Shown here: positions 18,464 to 26,462 of the stretch, in pieces
Layout of the letters: each line of letters opens with the position of its first letter
Numbering within the stretch: position 1 is the first letter of the stretch
Translations under genes and position numbers: made by a program
IMG/VR virus record: IMGVR_UViG_3300031949_000111
Span: 1-36,174 of that record
DNA: 36,174 nt
Source of the DNA: a virus
Taxonomy: Duplodnaviria > Caudoviricetes
Direction: 5' to 3' (one strand)
Notes under the pieces: model-generated
Database searches by the model: none
What the model was told of the DNA's origin: nothing
What the model saw: only the letters and a program-made list of their open reading frames with translations

Positions 18464-20238
18464 GCCTTGGGTGCCTCTATGATCAGAAGTGCCGTGCGAA
18501 CCGATGTGCCCTCGGATTTGAATGTGTCAGGAGGTAGGTCCTCCCAGAATCCGAGAGGTTGAAGTTCCTCACGTTGCCGCGGACCAGCGGCGCAAATGGC
18601 CACCAGTTTCCCGCCAGGGTTCAAGAAAGTCACGGCGTGCTTGATGTGTTTGATGTCGGCGCCGTTTTCAAAGGGCGGGTTCATCAGGATGCGGTCGAAC
18701 TTCCCGAGGTCGCCGTTGCTTTCCAGGAAGTCCCCACACTTCACCGCCGTGCATTTTGGACGAAGCGCCTCGATCAAGCGCTTGTCTATTTCCACGGCGA
18801 TGATGTCTGCGTCGGGATGGGCCTGAAGGATTGCATCCACCAGGCGCCCTGTCCCGGCACTGGGCTCCAGGATTGACTGCCCTGGCTGAATATCTGCGAG
18901 CACAACCATGGGCGCAGCCGCTTGCGCCGGCGTCGGGAACAACTGCGGGACCGCTACCGTCTTGACTCCCTCGCGCAGCGATTTCTTCATTGCCTCGAAC
19001 TCTGCCTCTCTCTCGTCGGGCGCTGGCCGAGGTGTCGCGGCCCGTTCTTGCGCGGCCTTCATCTTCGCCAGGGACAGGGCTTCGGCCGCGACTTCTTCCG
19101 ATTCGGCCTGCGCGGTGACTGCCTCGGCCGTCGGCCGCTTGTGCTCTTTCGAGTCGGTCAGAAAGATTGCCACCAGCCCGCGCGATGCCGGACCTCCGAG
19201 GATGGCGGTGCGAACCCGGTGCGTTCCGCACTCCGACACCCGCGTCCCCTTGTAGTCGGTGTTGATGCGGGCTAGTTCGGCCTTGGTGATGCCAACTGCC
19301 TGCACTCGGACAATCTCGCCGCGCTGCCAGGGATTCCGGTAGGCGATTTCGCCCGAGTAGTTCAGCAGGGGAAGCGCTGCCTTGGTCTTCGGCTTGGCTG
19401 GCGGCGTCCAGCCCGACTCCGCGAGCATCGCCCGTTCGTAAGTGAGCCGGTTGGTCACATGCTCGATCCAGCGCTGCTGATTCGCAATGGCGCGTGTGTG
19501 GGCCTGGCGAGCATTCCGTATCGCCGTCTCGGCGTCGATCTTGCCGTCAGTCAGAAGCGACCAGAGCGATCCTCGGTTCCCGTTCGCGTCCAGGATGTAG
19601 ATGCTGTCCAGGTTCGCGATCGCCTTGGTTCCTTCGTGGGTCAAGCCATCCTTCCACAATCCCAACATCAATTCGGCCCGTTTGACCTCCCGTTCGTATC
19701 CGCGCAACTCGCTCTCTAGTCCCTTGATCCTCCGGTTACGGACCGCCGGAAGCTCTTTGTATTTGGCGTGATGGATGGCCCCAGACGCGCGAGACTTCCA
19801 GTACCCCGCCGTCGCCCACATCTTGACCGCCTTGCGCATCCCGTTTTCGATGCGCTGGGCATCCTTGCGCGCGTGACGTTCCGAGTGATGGCCGACCAGG
19901 ATCGGCTGGCCGAAGGGGATGTTGTCGGCAATCGCGGACACCGCCTTGCGCGCATTCTCGGCGTCCCGCGTCCGATTCTCGCTGTAGCCGGAGAATCGGT
20001 CCGCCCGCTGCTCGGCGCGGTCGACCAGGCTCGTGTCCTCGTCGCCAATTTCGCCGCACAACTCTTCCGCGATGTCTTCGCGGCCAGGGGTCCACATCGG
20101 AGCAACGAAGATCTCCTGTTTGGGCGCCCAGATGAAACCTGCCGCGCGAACGCGGTCGTAGTCTTCCTTGCTCAGGCGATGTGCGGGGTAGATGCGGATC
20201 TTGTTGTCTTCCGGAGAATACGTGGCCGTGTGCTTCAT
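18460..20238 (-). CDS. DUF3560-like domain protein fused to class I SAM-dependent (amino) DNA methyltransferase-like domain
   Basis: N-terminal ATYSPEDNKIRIY...IPFGQPILVGHHSERHAR (DUF3560-like); C-terminal LFPTP, ILEPSAGTG (motif I) and ILMNPPF (motif IV). Confidence 0.85.
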   Translation of the reverse strand: MKHTATYSPEDNKIRIYPAHRLSKEDYDRVRAAGFIWAPKQEIFVAPMWTPGREDIAEELCGEIGDEDTSLVDRAEQRADRFSGYSENRTRDAENARKAVSAIADNIPFGQPILVGHHSERHARKDAQRIENGMRKAVKMWATAGYWKSRASGAIHHAKYKELPAVRNRRIKGLESELRGYEREVKRAELMLGLWKDGLTHEGTKAIANLDSIYILDANGNRGSLWSLLTDGKIDAETAIRNARQAHTRAIANQQRWIEHVTNRLTYERAMLAESGWTPPAKPKTKAALPLLNYSGEIAYRNPWQRGEIVRVQAVGITKAELARINTDYKGTRVSECGTHRVRTAILGGPASRGLVAIFLTDSKEHKRPTAEAVTAQAESEEVAAEALSLAKMKAAQERAATPRPAPDEREAEFEAMKKSLREGVKTVAVPQLFPTPAQAAAPMVVLADIQPGQSILEPSAGTGRLVDAILQAHPDADIIAVEIDKRLIEALRPKCTAVKCGDFLESNGDLGKFDRILMNPPFENGADIKHIKHAVTFLNPGGKLVAICAAGPRQREELQPLGFWEDLPPDTFKSEGTSVRTALLIIEAPKA

Positions 20239-20426
20239 GACCGGGCCTCCAGTAAGTCACGAATCAGGATGAAACGACGATCACGCGCAACGTTTAGCCC
20301 CTTGGCCTGCGCTGCCGCCACGACTCGCGCCGCTTGCTCGTCCGTATATCCGTCGGTGTCAATCGTGACTTCGGCTATCCCTCGCTGCACCCGATCCAGG
20401 AGCGCGTCAAGCACCGTGCGTTTCAT
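20235..20426 (-). CDS. Hypothetical protein
   Basis: 63 aa, start/stop overlaps on both sides. Confidence 0.6.
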   Translation of the reverse strand: MKRTVLDALLDRVQRGIAEVTIDTDGYTDEQAARVVAAAQAKGLNVARDRRFILIRDLLEARS

Positions 20427-20806
20427 CAGGCGACTCCGTTCTGTGCAGCAGCTTCGAGTTCCGCGCCAGAGATCACGTACACCGGACCCGGCCCGAACTT
20501 CAGGTCACCGAAGTACCCCGGGTGGTTCACATCGGCCGCTGCCATCAATCCAGCTTCTCCGACCTGGATGTGGACCGCGATTTTCCCCTTCTGGATTCCC
20601 GCCTCTCTGAGAGCTGCGCAAGCCAGCCAGAGCGCTTCTGTCAATGACCCGAGCATCAGACGCTCACCGAACTGACCACCGTATCCGATGGCCTTGGTCT
20701 TGGTTTCTCCTCCCTCTTTCCAGCTGGCGATTGCCGCGCTGGGGCCTCCCGACTTCCCGTAAATCGCCACCTCTCCCACCAACCCCGCTTTCTTTCCGCT
20801 TCTCAT
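20426..20806 (-). CDS. Hypothetical protein
   Basis: Likely start MRSGKKAG at 20806 after AAGGAG RBS, downstream of promoter P1. Confidence 0.65.
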   Translation of the reverse strand: MRSGKKAGLVGEVAIYGKSGGPSAAIASWKEGGETKTKAIGYGGQFGERLMLGSLTEALWLACAALREAGIQKGKIAVHIQVGEAGLMAAADVNHPGYFGDLKFGPGPVYVISGAELEAAAQNGVA

Positions 20807-20831
20807 TCTCGCTCTCCTTTCCTTCACCCTC

Positions 20832-20868
20832 AGTATAAACACCGTGTGTTGATTGTCAACACAATAAC
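20832..20868 (-). promoter_or_regulatory. Island promoter P1 (sigma70-type)
   Basis: GTTATTGTG-TTGACA-atcaacacacgGTGtt-TATACT (16-nt spacer). Confidence 0.85.
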
Positions 20869-20878
20869 AATGGGCTCA

Positions 20879-21130
20879 TCAGTATGCCCACATTCCAGGA
20901 CCGTCGTCTGGCTTGATGAAGACCTTGCCCTTGAGGCCCAGCGCCATGCGCACGTAATAGGTATCCATGCCTGGGTAATAGCGACCATCGCCGATGGGCG
21001 CGGGCTCTTTCGACACCGGAAACTGGGCCGCTTCATCCTCGAACTCGGTCAGCGTCACCCCGGCAGGAACCCATGACAGCGCCGCAACCCACTTCTTGCC
21101 GACTTTCATCTTCCAGATCCGCTTTTCCAT
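20879..21130 (-). CDS. Hypothetical protein (83 aa)
   Basis: Start MEKRIWK at 21130 after GGAGG RBS, downstream of P2. Confidence 0.65.
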   Translation of the reverse strand: MEKRIWKMKVGKKWVAALSWVPAGVTLTEFEDEAAQFPVSKEPAPIGDGRYYPGMDTYYVRMALGLKGKVFIKPDDGPGMWAY

Positions 21131-21149
21131 CTCTCTTGCCTCCGATCTG

Positions 21150-21186
21150 ATTATAACCACCGTAATGTTATTGTCAACACAATAAC
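21150..21186 (-). promoter_or_regulatory. Island promoter P2
   Basis: GTTATTGTG-TTGACA-ataacattacgGTGgt-TATAAT. Confidence 0.9.
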
Positions 21187-21188
21187 GA

Positions 21189-21446
21189 TCACGATCCGAA
21201 GGTTCCTCCGACGCGGCGCTTCGCCGATTCCGCGTCACGTTTGTCGTCCCGCGACATCTCGCCAAGCAGTGCGTCGGACTCGCGCGAGGGATAGAACCCG
21301 AACCGATCTTCGTCGATGCGCCTGAGAACCGGCATATAACCGCCGGCCTGGTCCTTGTACTCGCGATGGATGTACGCGAGCGCAGCAACAAACCCCACGA
21401 TGAACTCGATGCGTCCATCGACTCCCGACATCATGTAACGAATCAT
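21189..21446 (-). CDS. Hypothetical protein
   Basis: ATGA overlap with upstream gene and GGGAG RBS. Confidence 0.55.
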   Translation of the reverse strand: MIRYMMSGVDGRIEFIVGFVAALAYIHREYKDQAGGYMPVLRRIDEDRFGFYPSRESDALLGEMSRDDKRDAESAKRRVGGTFGS

Positions 21447-21691
21447 GAGCACTCCCTTTCCCGAATGACTTCGATTTCTTCCGGTTCCTGCACCACCACA
21501 AGCCCGATCCCTCGCTGCCTGGCTATGGCCTCGATGATTCTGATGTTGGCCATCAGGCGCCCCATCTGCCGCGCCATCCGTCCCGCAGAGGCTTTCCCTT
21601 GCTGCGCGATCCGCGCGTTGTTGTAGGCCAGTTCCCGGTTACCCCGGTACTCCGCCCGAAGAGCTTGGTCCGACATTTCTTTGAAGAGCAT
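21443..21691 (-). CDS. Hypothetical helical protein
   Basis: 82 aa, AAAGGAAA RBS, first gene after P3. Confidence 0.65.
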   Translation of the reverse strand: MLFKEMSDQALRAEYRGNRELAYNNARIAQQGKASAGRMARQMGRLMANIRIIEAIARQRGIGLVVVQEPEEIEVIRERECS

Positions 21692-21717
21692 CTGGTTTCC
21701 TTTCTTCTTACAGATCT

Positions 21718-21754
21718 ATTCTAATCACTGTACGTACGTTGTCAACACAATAAT
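21718..21754 (-). promoter_or_regulatory. Island promoter P3 (leftward, divergent pair)
   Basis: ATTATTGTG-TTGACA-acgtacgtacaGTGat-TAGAAT. Confidence 0.85.
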
Positions 21755-21833
21755 AAGACCCGCGCTAATTCCAACGCACCACGCGTCAACACGCTGCATC
21801 GTTATTAGACGCCTCGCGCTATTCTTCTGTATC

Positions 21834-21870
21834 GTTATTGTGTTGACATTAACTATCTCGTGCGTAGAAT
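21834..21870 (+). promoter_or_regulatory. Island promoter P4 (rightward, divergent pair)
   Basis: GTTATTGTG-TTGACA-ttaactatctcGTGcg-TAGAAT. Confidence 0.85.
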
Positions 21871-21889
21871 GAGTATGGAGGTAAGAGAA

Positions 21890-22012
21890 ATGGAAAGAGT
21901 CACGAAGGCCCCGAAGCCCCCTCCCAAGAAGATGAAGATCGTCTTGATGGTGGGCGGACAGGAAATCGAGTTCAAAGAACCAGACGCGGAAGCAAGAAAG
22001 GCGGGTAAGTAG
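21890..22012 (+). CDS. 40-aa microprotein
   Basis: Not in the ORF track. GGAGG RBS; MERVTKAPKPPPKKMKIVLMVGGQEIEFKEPDAEARKAGK*; stop abuts the next ATG. Confidence 0.65.
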   Translation: MERVTKAPKPPPKKMKIVLMVGGQEIEFKEPDAEARKAGK

Positions 22013-22438
22013 ATGGGGTTCAGTTACAACGCAAGAACTGGTCGGCTGTGCTGCGACGGCTGCCCGAGTTTCACTGGGGTTCGCAAGCGCCCATGCCCGA
22101 GCAAATACTGCCCGGCGATTGCGCTCTGCAAGGAGTGCTGGAAGGGGAAGCCCGGCAAGGCCTCCAAGCGGTATCACATTGAGGCCCGCTGCAAAGAAAA
22201 GCACGAAGCATTCGCGGCTCATCTCGCGGAAGAAGCGGCTCGGCAGGCCACTGGCGAGTTCATTCGCAGCGCCGCCCTGAGCCAGGACGACGGATCGGTG
22301 AAGGTCTGGTTCCGCTCTGCCACTGCGGAGAAGGCCTTCCTGATGTCTCCCGAGGGATACGAATCCTTCGGATACGACGCCCTGGTGACTCCGGCTGACT
22401 ACCAGGCCAAGGGATTCGAGCTGAAGGAGGCGGCGTAA
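22013..22438 (+). CDS. Cys-rich putative zinc-binding protein
   Basis: LCCDGC...CPSKYCPAIALCKEC. Confidence 0.7.
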   Translation: MGFSYNARTGRLCCDGCPSFTGVRKRPCPSKYCPAIALCKECWKGKPGKASKRYHIEARCKEKHEAFAAHLAEEAARQATGEFIRSAALSQDDGSVKVWFRSATAEKAFLMSPEGYESFGYDALVTPADYQAKGFELKEAA

Positions 22439-22668
22439 TGGGTCTCGGTCCCGACTACGATCGCGACGGCCGGCAATGCCCGGAATGTGATGAAGTCTTT
22501 TATGAAGACGATACGGACTTCATCTTCCGCTGCCGATACTGCGCCGGAGAGCCCCGCCACCACTGCGACCGGGCTCCGGACGGCAAACCCTGCCAGAACC
22601 AGCCGGTCACCCTCGAACTGGATTCTGGGGTGTGGCTGTGCCAGCCCCATCTGGATGAGCCTGAATAG
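22438..22668 (+). CDS. Small Cys-rich putative zinc-finger protein
   Basis: CPEC, CRYC, C...C, CQPH; AAGGAGG RBS and TAATG coupling. Confidence 0.6.
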   Translation: MGLGPDYDRDGRQCPECDEVFYEDDTDFIFRCRYCAGEPRHHCDRAPDGKPCQNQPVTLELDSGVWLCQPHLDEPE

Positions 22669-22966
22669 TCCCATGGCGCTCCAAGCGGCAGCGCCGGCAC
22701 GTCCAGATGACCATCCGCGGGTTGTTGTAGTCCAGGTGATGGGCCTGCGTGTCGATGCTCCCGCACGCGCAAGGCTCCCTCTTCAGCACTCCGCGCTTGA
22801 CCAGAACGTTTGTGTAATTGCGGCAGATCGCCCGCCGGCGCTGCTCGGCCGTCAGGTCTCGATGCTTGGGCCTCGTCTGTCGCATCGACTCCGCATGGCA
22901 CGCGCGGCACCAGCGCTGCCCGGAACCGCGTCGTGGGTTTCTGCCGCATTTCGTACACATGGCCAT
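22607..22966 (-). CDS. HNH-like zinc-finger protein
   Basis: CTKC, WCRACH, PCACG...QAHHLDYNNPRMVIWTCRRC matches the phage HHxDYxxPxxVxWLCxxC HNH-like family; antisense to neighbours. Confidence 0.7.
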   Translation of the reverse strand: MAMCTKCGRNPRRGSGQRWCRACHAESMRQTRPKHRDLTAEQRRRAICRNYTNVLVKRGVLKREPCACGSIDTQAHHLDYNNPRMVIWTCRRCRLERHGTIQAHPDGAGTATPQNPVRG

Positions 22967-23038
22967 TTGTAATGTACCCCACAATGGGATTCGTGGAACA
23001 TCCGTGCGCCGCGTCTTATCGGCCGGACATCCTAGTCT

Positions 23039-23075
23039 GTTATTGTGTTGACAAGAAACGTACAGTGTTTATACT
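23039..23075 (+). promoter_or_regulatory. Island promoter P5
   Basis: GTTATTGTG-TTGACA-agaaacgtacaGTGtt-TATACT. Confidence 0.85.
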
Positions 23076-23123
23076 TAGATCGTGGTTGAGAGACAGATAG
23101 ACGGAAAGAAGGAGACACGGTCC

Positions 23124-23636
23124 ATGTACGAAATCAGCTACGGTCCCAAGTACGACAAGAACCTCAGCACCAAGCAAATCGCCGCCAAGTTTCGGCTGGA
23201 TGTGAAGGCCGGAATCGAGGCAGGTGAGCTGCCGAAAGGCCTGAAGCTGAGCGTTCGATACGAGAGCTTCTCTGGTGGGTCCGCCATCAGAGTCAAAATC
23301 AAGGAGGTGCCCTTCCGGGTCAGGAACCCAGAGCGGGTCATCCACGACATCGGGAACCCTCACGAGTTCGTCCCCGAGTTCCACCTGCCGAGCTGGACTC
23401 CAGAGGCGAAGGCCCTGAAAGACCAGCTGGAGGCGATGCTCGCCGCCTACAACTACGACGGCAGCGAAATCCAAGTCGATTACTTCAACGTGAAGTTCTA
23501 CGGAGGGGTTGACTGGGCCTGGGAGCTGGAGAGCGGGGAGCGGAAGGAAATCGAGGCGGAGTACGCCGAAAGGGGGCCGGCCCCGCCCATCGAGGGCGGC
23601 GAAATCGTGAACTTCCCCATGAGAGCCCAAGGCTAA
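23124..23636 (+). CDS. LPD29-like (large polyvalent protein-associated domain) protein
   Basis: Start MYEISYG after AAGGAG; KLSVRYESFSGGSAIRV...AYNYDGSEIQVDYFNVKFY resembles LPD29-type domains (from recall). Confidence 0.6.
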   Translation: MYEISYGPKYDKNLSTKQIAAKFRLDVKAGIEAGELPKGLKLSVRYESFSGGSAIRVKIKEVPFRVRNPERVIHDIGNPHEFVPEFHLPSWTPEAKALKDQLEAMLAAYNYDGSEIQVDYFNVKFYGGVDWAWELESGERKEIEAEYAERGPAPPIEGGEIVNFPMRAQG

Positions 23637-23649
23637 AGGGAGAGACCAC

Positions 23650-24168
23650 ATGAACGACGAAACTGTTCTGAAAATCATCAGGGACAATCGCAAGGCCGAA
23701 GAAGCGCGCATGCGTCCACGTGTGCGCGAAATGCTCGACGTGATCCGTGCCGGTGTCAAAATCCTGGCCACGCGCGACGGCCTGCCGATCACCGACGAGC
23801 ACGTCGACGAACGCGCGCGGACCATCACGCAGACGTTGTTGAGCATCGAGTGGATCGAGTCAGGGGCGAACGAGACCGTGGGCTGCGAGCACAATCCAAG
23901 TCTAGATCCGGGACAATACTGTGGCGCGCCCGCAGTAGCCGTCCGTGACGGGACGTCGCTGTGCGCTCAGCACGAGAGGCAATATGCGGCCTTGACGGCC
24001 CAGGCAGCGGCCGAGGACCTCGTCGAGAGCAGCGCTGACCTTGAAGACAAACTCGACGGATTTCTGGCCAATGCCGACGACACGCAGCCGATGATCTGCC
24101 GCGTCCACGGGCGCGCGGCGTTCGAGTGTCAGTGCGCGCAAGTCCTGTGGGCGAGCGTGCGGCGATGA
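23650..24168 (+). CDS. Hypothetical protein with Cys/His motifs
   Basis: 172 aa, GGGAGA RBS. Confidence 0.65.
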   Translation: MNDETVLKIIRDNRKAEEARMRPRVREMLDVIRAGVKILATRDGLPITDEHVDERARTITQTLLSIEWIESGANETVGCEHNPSLDPGQYCGAPAVAVRDGTSLCAQHERQYAALTAQAAAEDLVESSADLEDKLDGFLANADDTQPMICRVHGRAAFECQCAQVLWASVRR

Positions 24169-24371
24169 GCAAGGAAGCTCTTTTTGCGCAGTGGGAACGT
24201 GGCGAATGGAACGACGAGATCGAGCACGCCTTCGGAACGCCTCACGACGAATACGTGTACGGCGAGAAGGTCGTGGCGTCGCCCAAGATTGAGGGTGCGT
24301 GCATCGGTCATAAACGGATGTGCGGATGCATGACGTGTGAAGACGCCCGGATGGTAGGGGTGATCAAGTGA
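24165..24371 (+). CDS. Small Cys-rich hypothetical protein
   Basis: ATGA coupling; CIGH..MCGCMTC. Confidence 0.55.
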   Translation: MSKEALFAQWERGEWNDEIEHAFGTPHDEYVYGEKVVASPKIEGACIGHKRMCGCMTCEDARMVGVIK

Positions 24372-24703
24372 ATCCACCCCTCCAGCTTCTGGTCAGCCGG
24401 CTTCGAGCCGAGCTGATGATTCAGTTCCCTGGCACCCCCATGGAAGACATCGAGGCCATCGTTGCCCGCTCCATGGAGTTCGTCGGGGTCATCAACCAGA
24501 TGATTGACCAGCGCCGAGTCATGTCAGGGCAGCAGAGCAACTCCGAGGCATGCGGACAGATGGTCGCTCTGCACTTCACGCTGGCATCCATGAAGACGAC
24601 CAGCCCGGAGTTCTCCAGATTGCTGATGGCTGCTGTGGATGCCGCCATCTCGCCGCTGCAGCAGGTGGTTCCTACCGGTCCCGGACCGAAAGGCTTTCAG
24701 TGA
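24368..24703 (+). CDS. Hypothetical protein
   Basis: 111 aa, GTGA coupling on both sides. Confidence 0.55.
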   Translation: MNPPLQLLVSRLRAELMIQFPGTPMEDIEAIVARSMEFVGVINQMIDQRRVMSGQQSNSEACGQMVALHFTLASMKTTSPEFSRLLMAAVDAAISPLQQVVPTGPGPKGFQ

Positions 24704-25032
24704 AAAAGCAGTGCAAGAAGTGCCCCTGGCGGAAGGACGTCGACCCGCGTGACATCCCGAACGGGTACTGCGAGGTCAAGCACGCCAATCTGCGGAACAC
24801 GATCGCAAAGCCAGGAGACATCCGTGGCATCGGGTCTGACCTGCGCATGATGGCCTGCCACGAATCGAACAGTCGTGGCGGCGAAATTCCGTGCGTCGGA
24901 TGGCTGGCCAACCAGCTCGGCCCCGGAAACAACATCCCGCTGCGAATCGCTGCGATGCATGGAAGGGTAAATGCGAAGTTCGAACTGGTCGGTGAGCAGC
25001 ACGAGACATTCGAGGACACGCTCCCACACTAG
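24700..25032 (+). CDS. DUF6283-like Cys-rich protein
   Basis: GTG start overlapping upstream TGA; CKKCPWRKD...MACHES...CVGWL. Confidence 0.65.
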   Translation: MKKQCKKCPWRKDVDPRDIPNGYCEVKHANLRNTIAKPGDIRGIGSDLRMMACHESNSRGGEIPCVGWLANQLGPGNNIPLRIAAMHGRVNAKFELVGEQHETFEDTLPH

Positions 25033-25043
25033 GATCGTTTGTA

Positions 25044-25072
25044 TTGACAAGGCACGTACAAGTAATTACCGT
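25044..25072 (+). promoter_or_regulatory. Putative promoter P6 for the RHH gene
   Basis: TTGACA-N17-TACCGT upstream of GAGGAG RBS; spacer contains ACGTACA as in P3 and P5. Confidence 0.5.
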
Positions 25073-25089
25073 GATGATGAGGAGACCAC

Positions 25090-25263
25090 ATGGCCCGACC
25101 GAGAAACAAGCCCAACCAGAACCGTATCCCGTTCCAGGTTCGCCTTCTGCCCAGCGAACGACGGGAAGTCGAGGTGGCGGCGAAGACTACTGGCATGTCG
25201 GTATCGACGTGGATGCGCGTGGAATGTCTGAAGGCGGCCAAGCTCGTTCGCGCAGCTGCGTAG
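25090..25263 (+). CDS. Ribbon-helix-helix DNA-binding protein (57 aa)
   Basis: Not in the ORF track. GAGGAG RBS; MARPRNKPNQNRIPFQVRLLPSERREVEVAAKTTGMSVSTWMRVECLKAAK fits the Arc/CopG/MobC-like RHH pattern. Confidence 0.75.
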   Translation: MARPRNKPNQNRIPFQVRLLPSERREVEVAAKTTGMSVSTWMRVECLKAAKLVRAAA

Positions 25264-25296
25264 GCAAACAATCGGTTTGCGTGGCACGATGCTCTT

Positions 25297-26298
25297 ATGC
25301 CGGGAGCATGGGATCCAGAAAAGCACCCACGCGCAGAGGGCGGGCGATGGGGAGAGACGCCCGACGCCGAGAAGGTCACCAGGGACTCCCGCGAACGGGA
25401 GACAGAGACCCTAGCCAAACTGAAGGCCCGGGGAGATTCCCAGAACCCCGATCGTCCTATGGCCAAGGACAAAGAGGGAAAGCACGAAGTTCCAGCGGCC
25501 CGCAAGTGGGTCGAGAAGATCGACACTCTTCCAGACGAGACTTGGAAGAAGCACTTCGACAAGAACCCGGCCGAGCACAGGGATGCCAAGCCGAGCCCGG
25601 AACGCCAGAAGCTGCACGACAAAATCTCGGAGGATATCGTCAGCAAGACATCACCCGTTCCAAAGGATCAGAAGCCAGTCGCGATCCTAATGATGGGTGG
25701 GCCGGCATCAGGAAAAAGCTCGATGCTGGAAGGAGTCGACAAGACCAAGTTCGTGAAGGTCGACGCCGATGCGATCAAGGAACGCCTGCCGGAATACAGG
25801 GAGGCACTCAACCTCGACAACCAGCGCGGGAAGGATGCCCCAACCGCGCGCAACGCCGCTTCCATGGCACACGAGGAATCCAGCTTCCTGGCCAAGAGGG
25901 TCAGGGATACGGCCATCGAACAGAACAAGAATCTGATCTTCGATGGCACGGGAGCCAATGCGAAGACCTACTCGCACATGGTCGACCGTCTAAAGTCCAA
26001 GGGCTATCACGTCACCGTCATGGGCGTGGACCTGGAGAACGTCGAACATGCGAAGGAGTTCGTCGCGATTCGGGCAGAGAAGCGGGGTCGCTTCGTACCG
26101 GACTCCGAAGTGGAGAGGATCTACTCCAAGATCCCGAGCAGCTTCGAAATCGTGGCGCGCAAGGCAGACCAGGCCACCCTGTATCGACGTCTGAAAGGCC
26201 AGCCAACCGCAGAGGTCTGGTCCCACGTGGGAGGCAAAGAGACTACGAAGGACGTCGAGTACTACCGCAGGTTCAGGAAGAGGGGAGGAGCTGAATGA
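25297..26298 (+). CDS. Zeta-toxin family P-loop kinase with N-terminal extension
   Basis: AILMMGGPASGKS (Walker A), VDADAIKERLPEY, HEESS, NLIFDGT, RAEKRGRFVP. Confidence 0.85.
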   Translation: MPGAWDPEKHPRAEGGRWGETPDAEKVTRDSRERETETLAKLKARGDSQNPDRPMAKDKEGKHEVPAARKWVEKIDTLPDETWKKHFDKNPAEHRDAKPSPERQKLHDKISEDIVSKTSPVPKDQKPVAILMMGGPASGKSSMLEGVDKTKFVKVDADAIKERLPEYREALNLDNQRGKDAPTARNAASMAHEESSFLAKRVRDTAIEQNKNLIFDGTGANAKTYSHMVDRLKSKGYHVTVMGVDLENVEHAKEFVAIRAEKRGRFVPDSEVERIYSKIPSSFEIVARKADQATLYRRLKGQPTAEVWSHVGGKETTKDVEYYRRFRKRGGAE

Positions 26299-26462
26299 AA
26301 GACAAAGACACAAGACCGCCTTCGGTCAGCTTCGAGGAGATCAAGAAGAACTTCGAGAAGGCCATGGCCGACGATGAAGATGACCTTGCCAAGGCGCCCA
26401 AGCGTTTCAAGAAGGGCGAAGGCATCGTCGAGATTCACGACGACAAAACTCTTGAAGACTAG
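26295..26462 (+). CDS. 55-aa charged protein, candidate antitoxin/partner of the zeta kinase
   Basis: Not in the ORF track. GGAGGAG RBS, ATGA overlap with zeta stop; MKDKDTRPPSVSFEEIKKNFEKAMADDEDDLAKAPKRFKKGEGIVEIHDDKTLED*. Confidence 0.7.
   Translation: MKDKDTRPPSVSFEEIKKNFEKAMADDEDDLAKAPKRFKKGEGIVEIHDDKTLED

Noticed and set aside
20854-23053. Recurring 14-15-mer as CRISPR repeats or integron attC sites
   Set aside because: Copies are hundreds of bases apart, in both orientations, non-palindromic and embedded in -35/-10 promoter architecture; no integrase is in the window.
25044-26294. 416-aa plus-strand ORF overlapping the zeta gene
   Set aside because: Arg/Gly-rich alternate frame; the region is better explained by the RHH and zeta frames.
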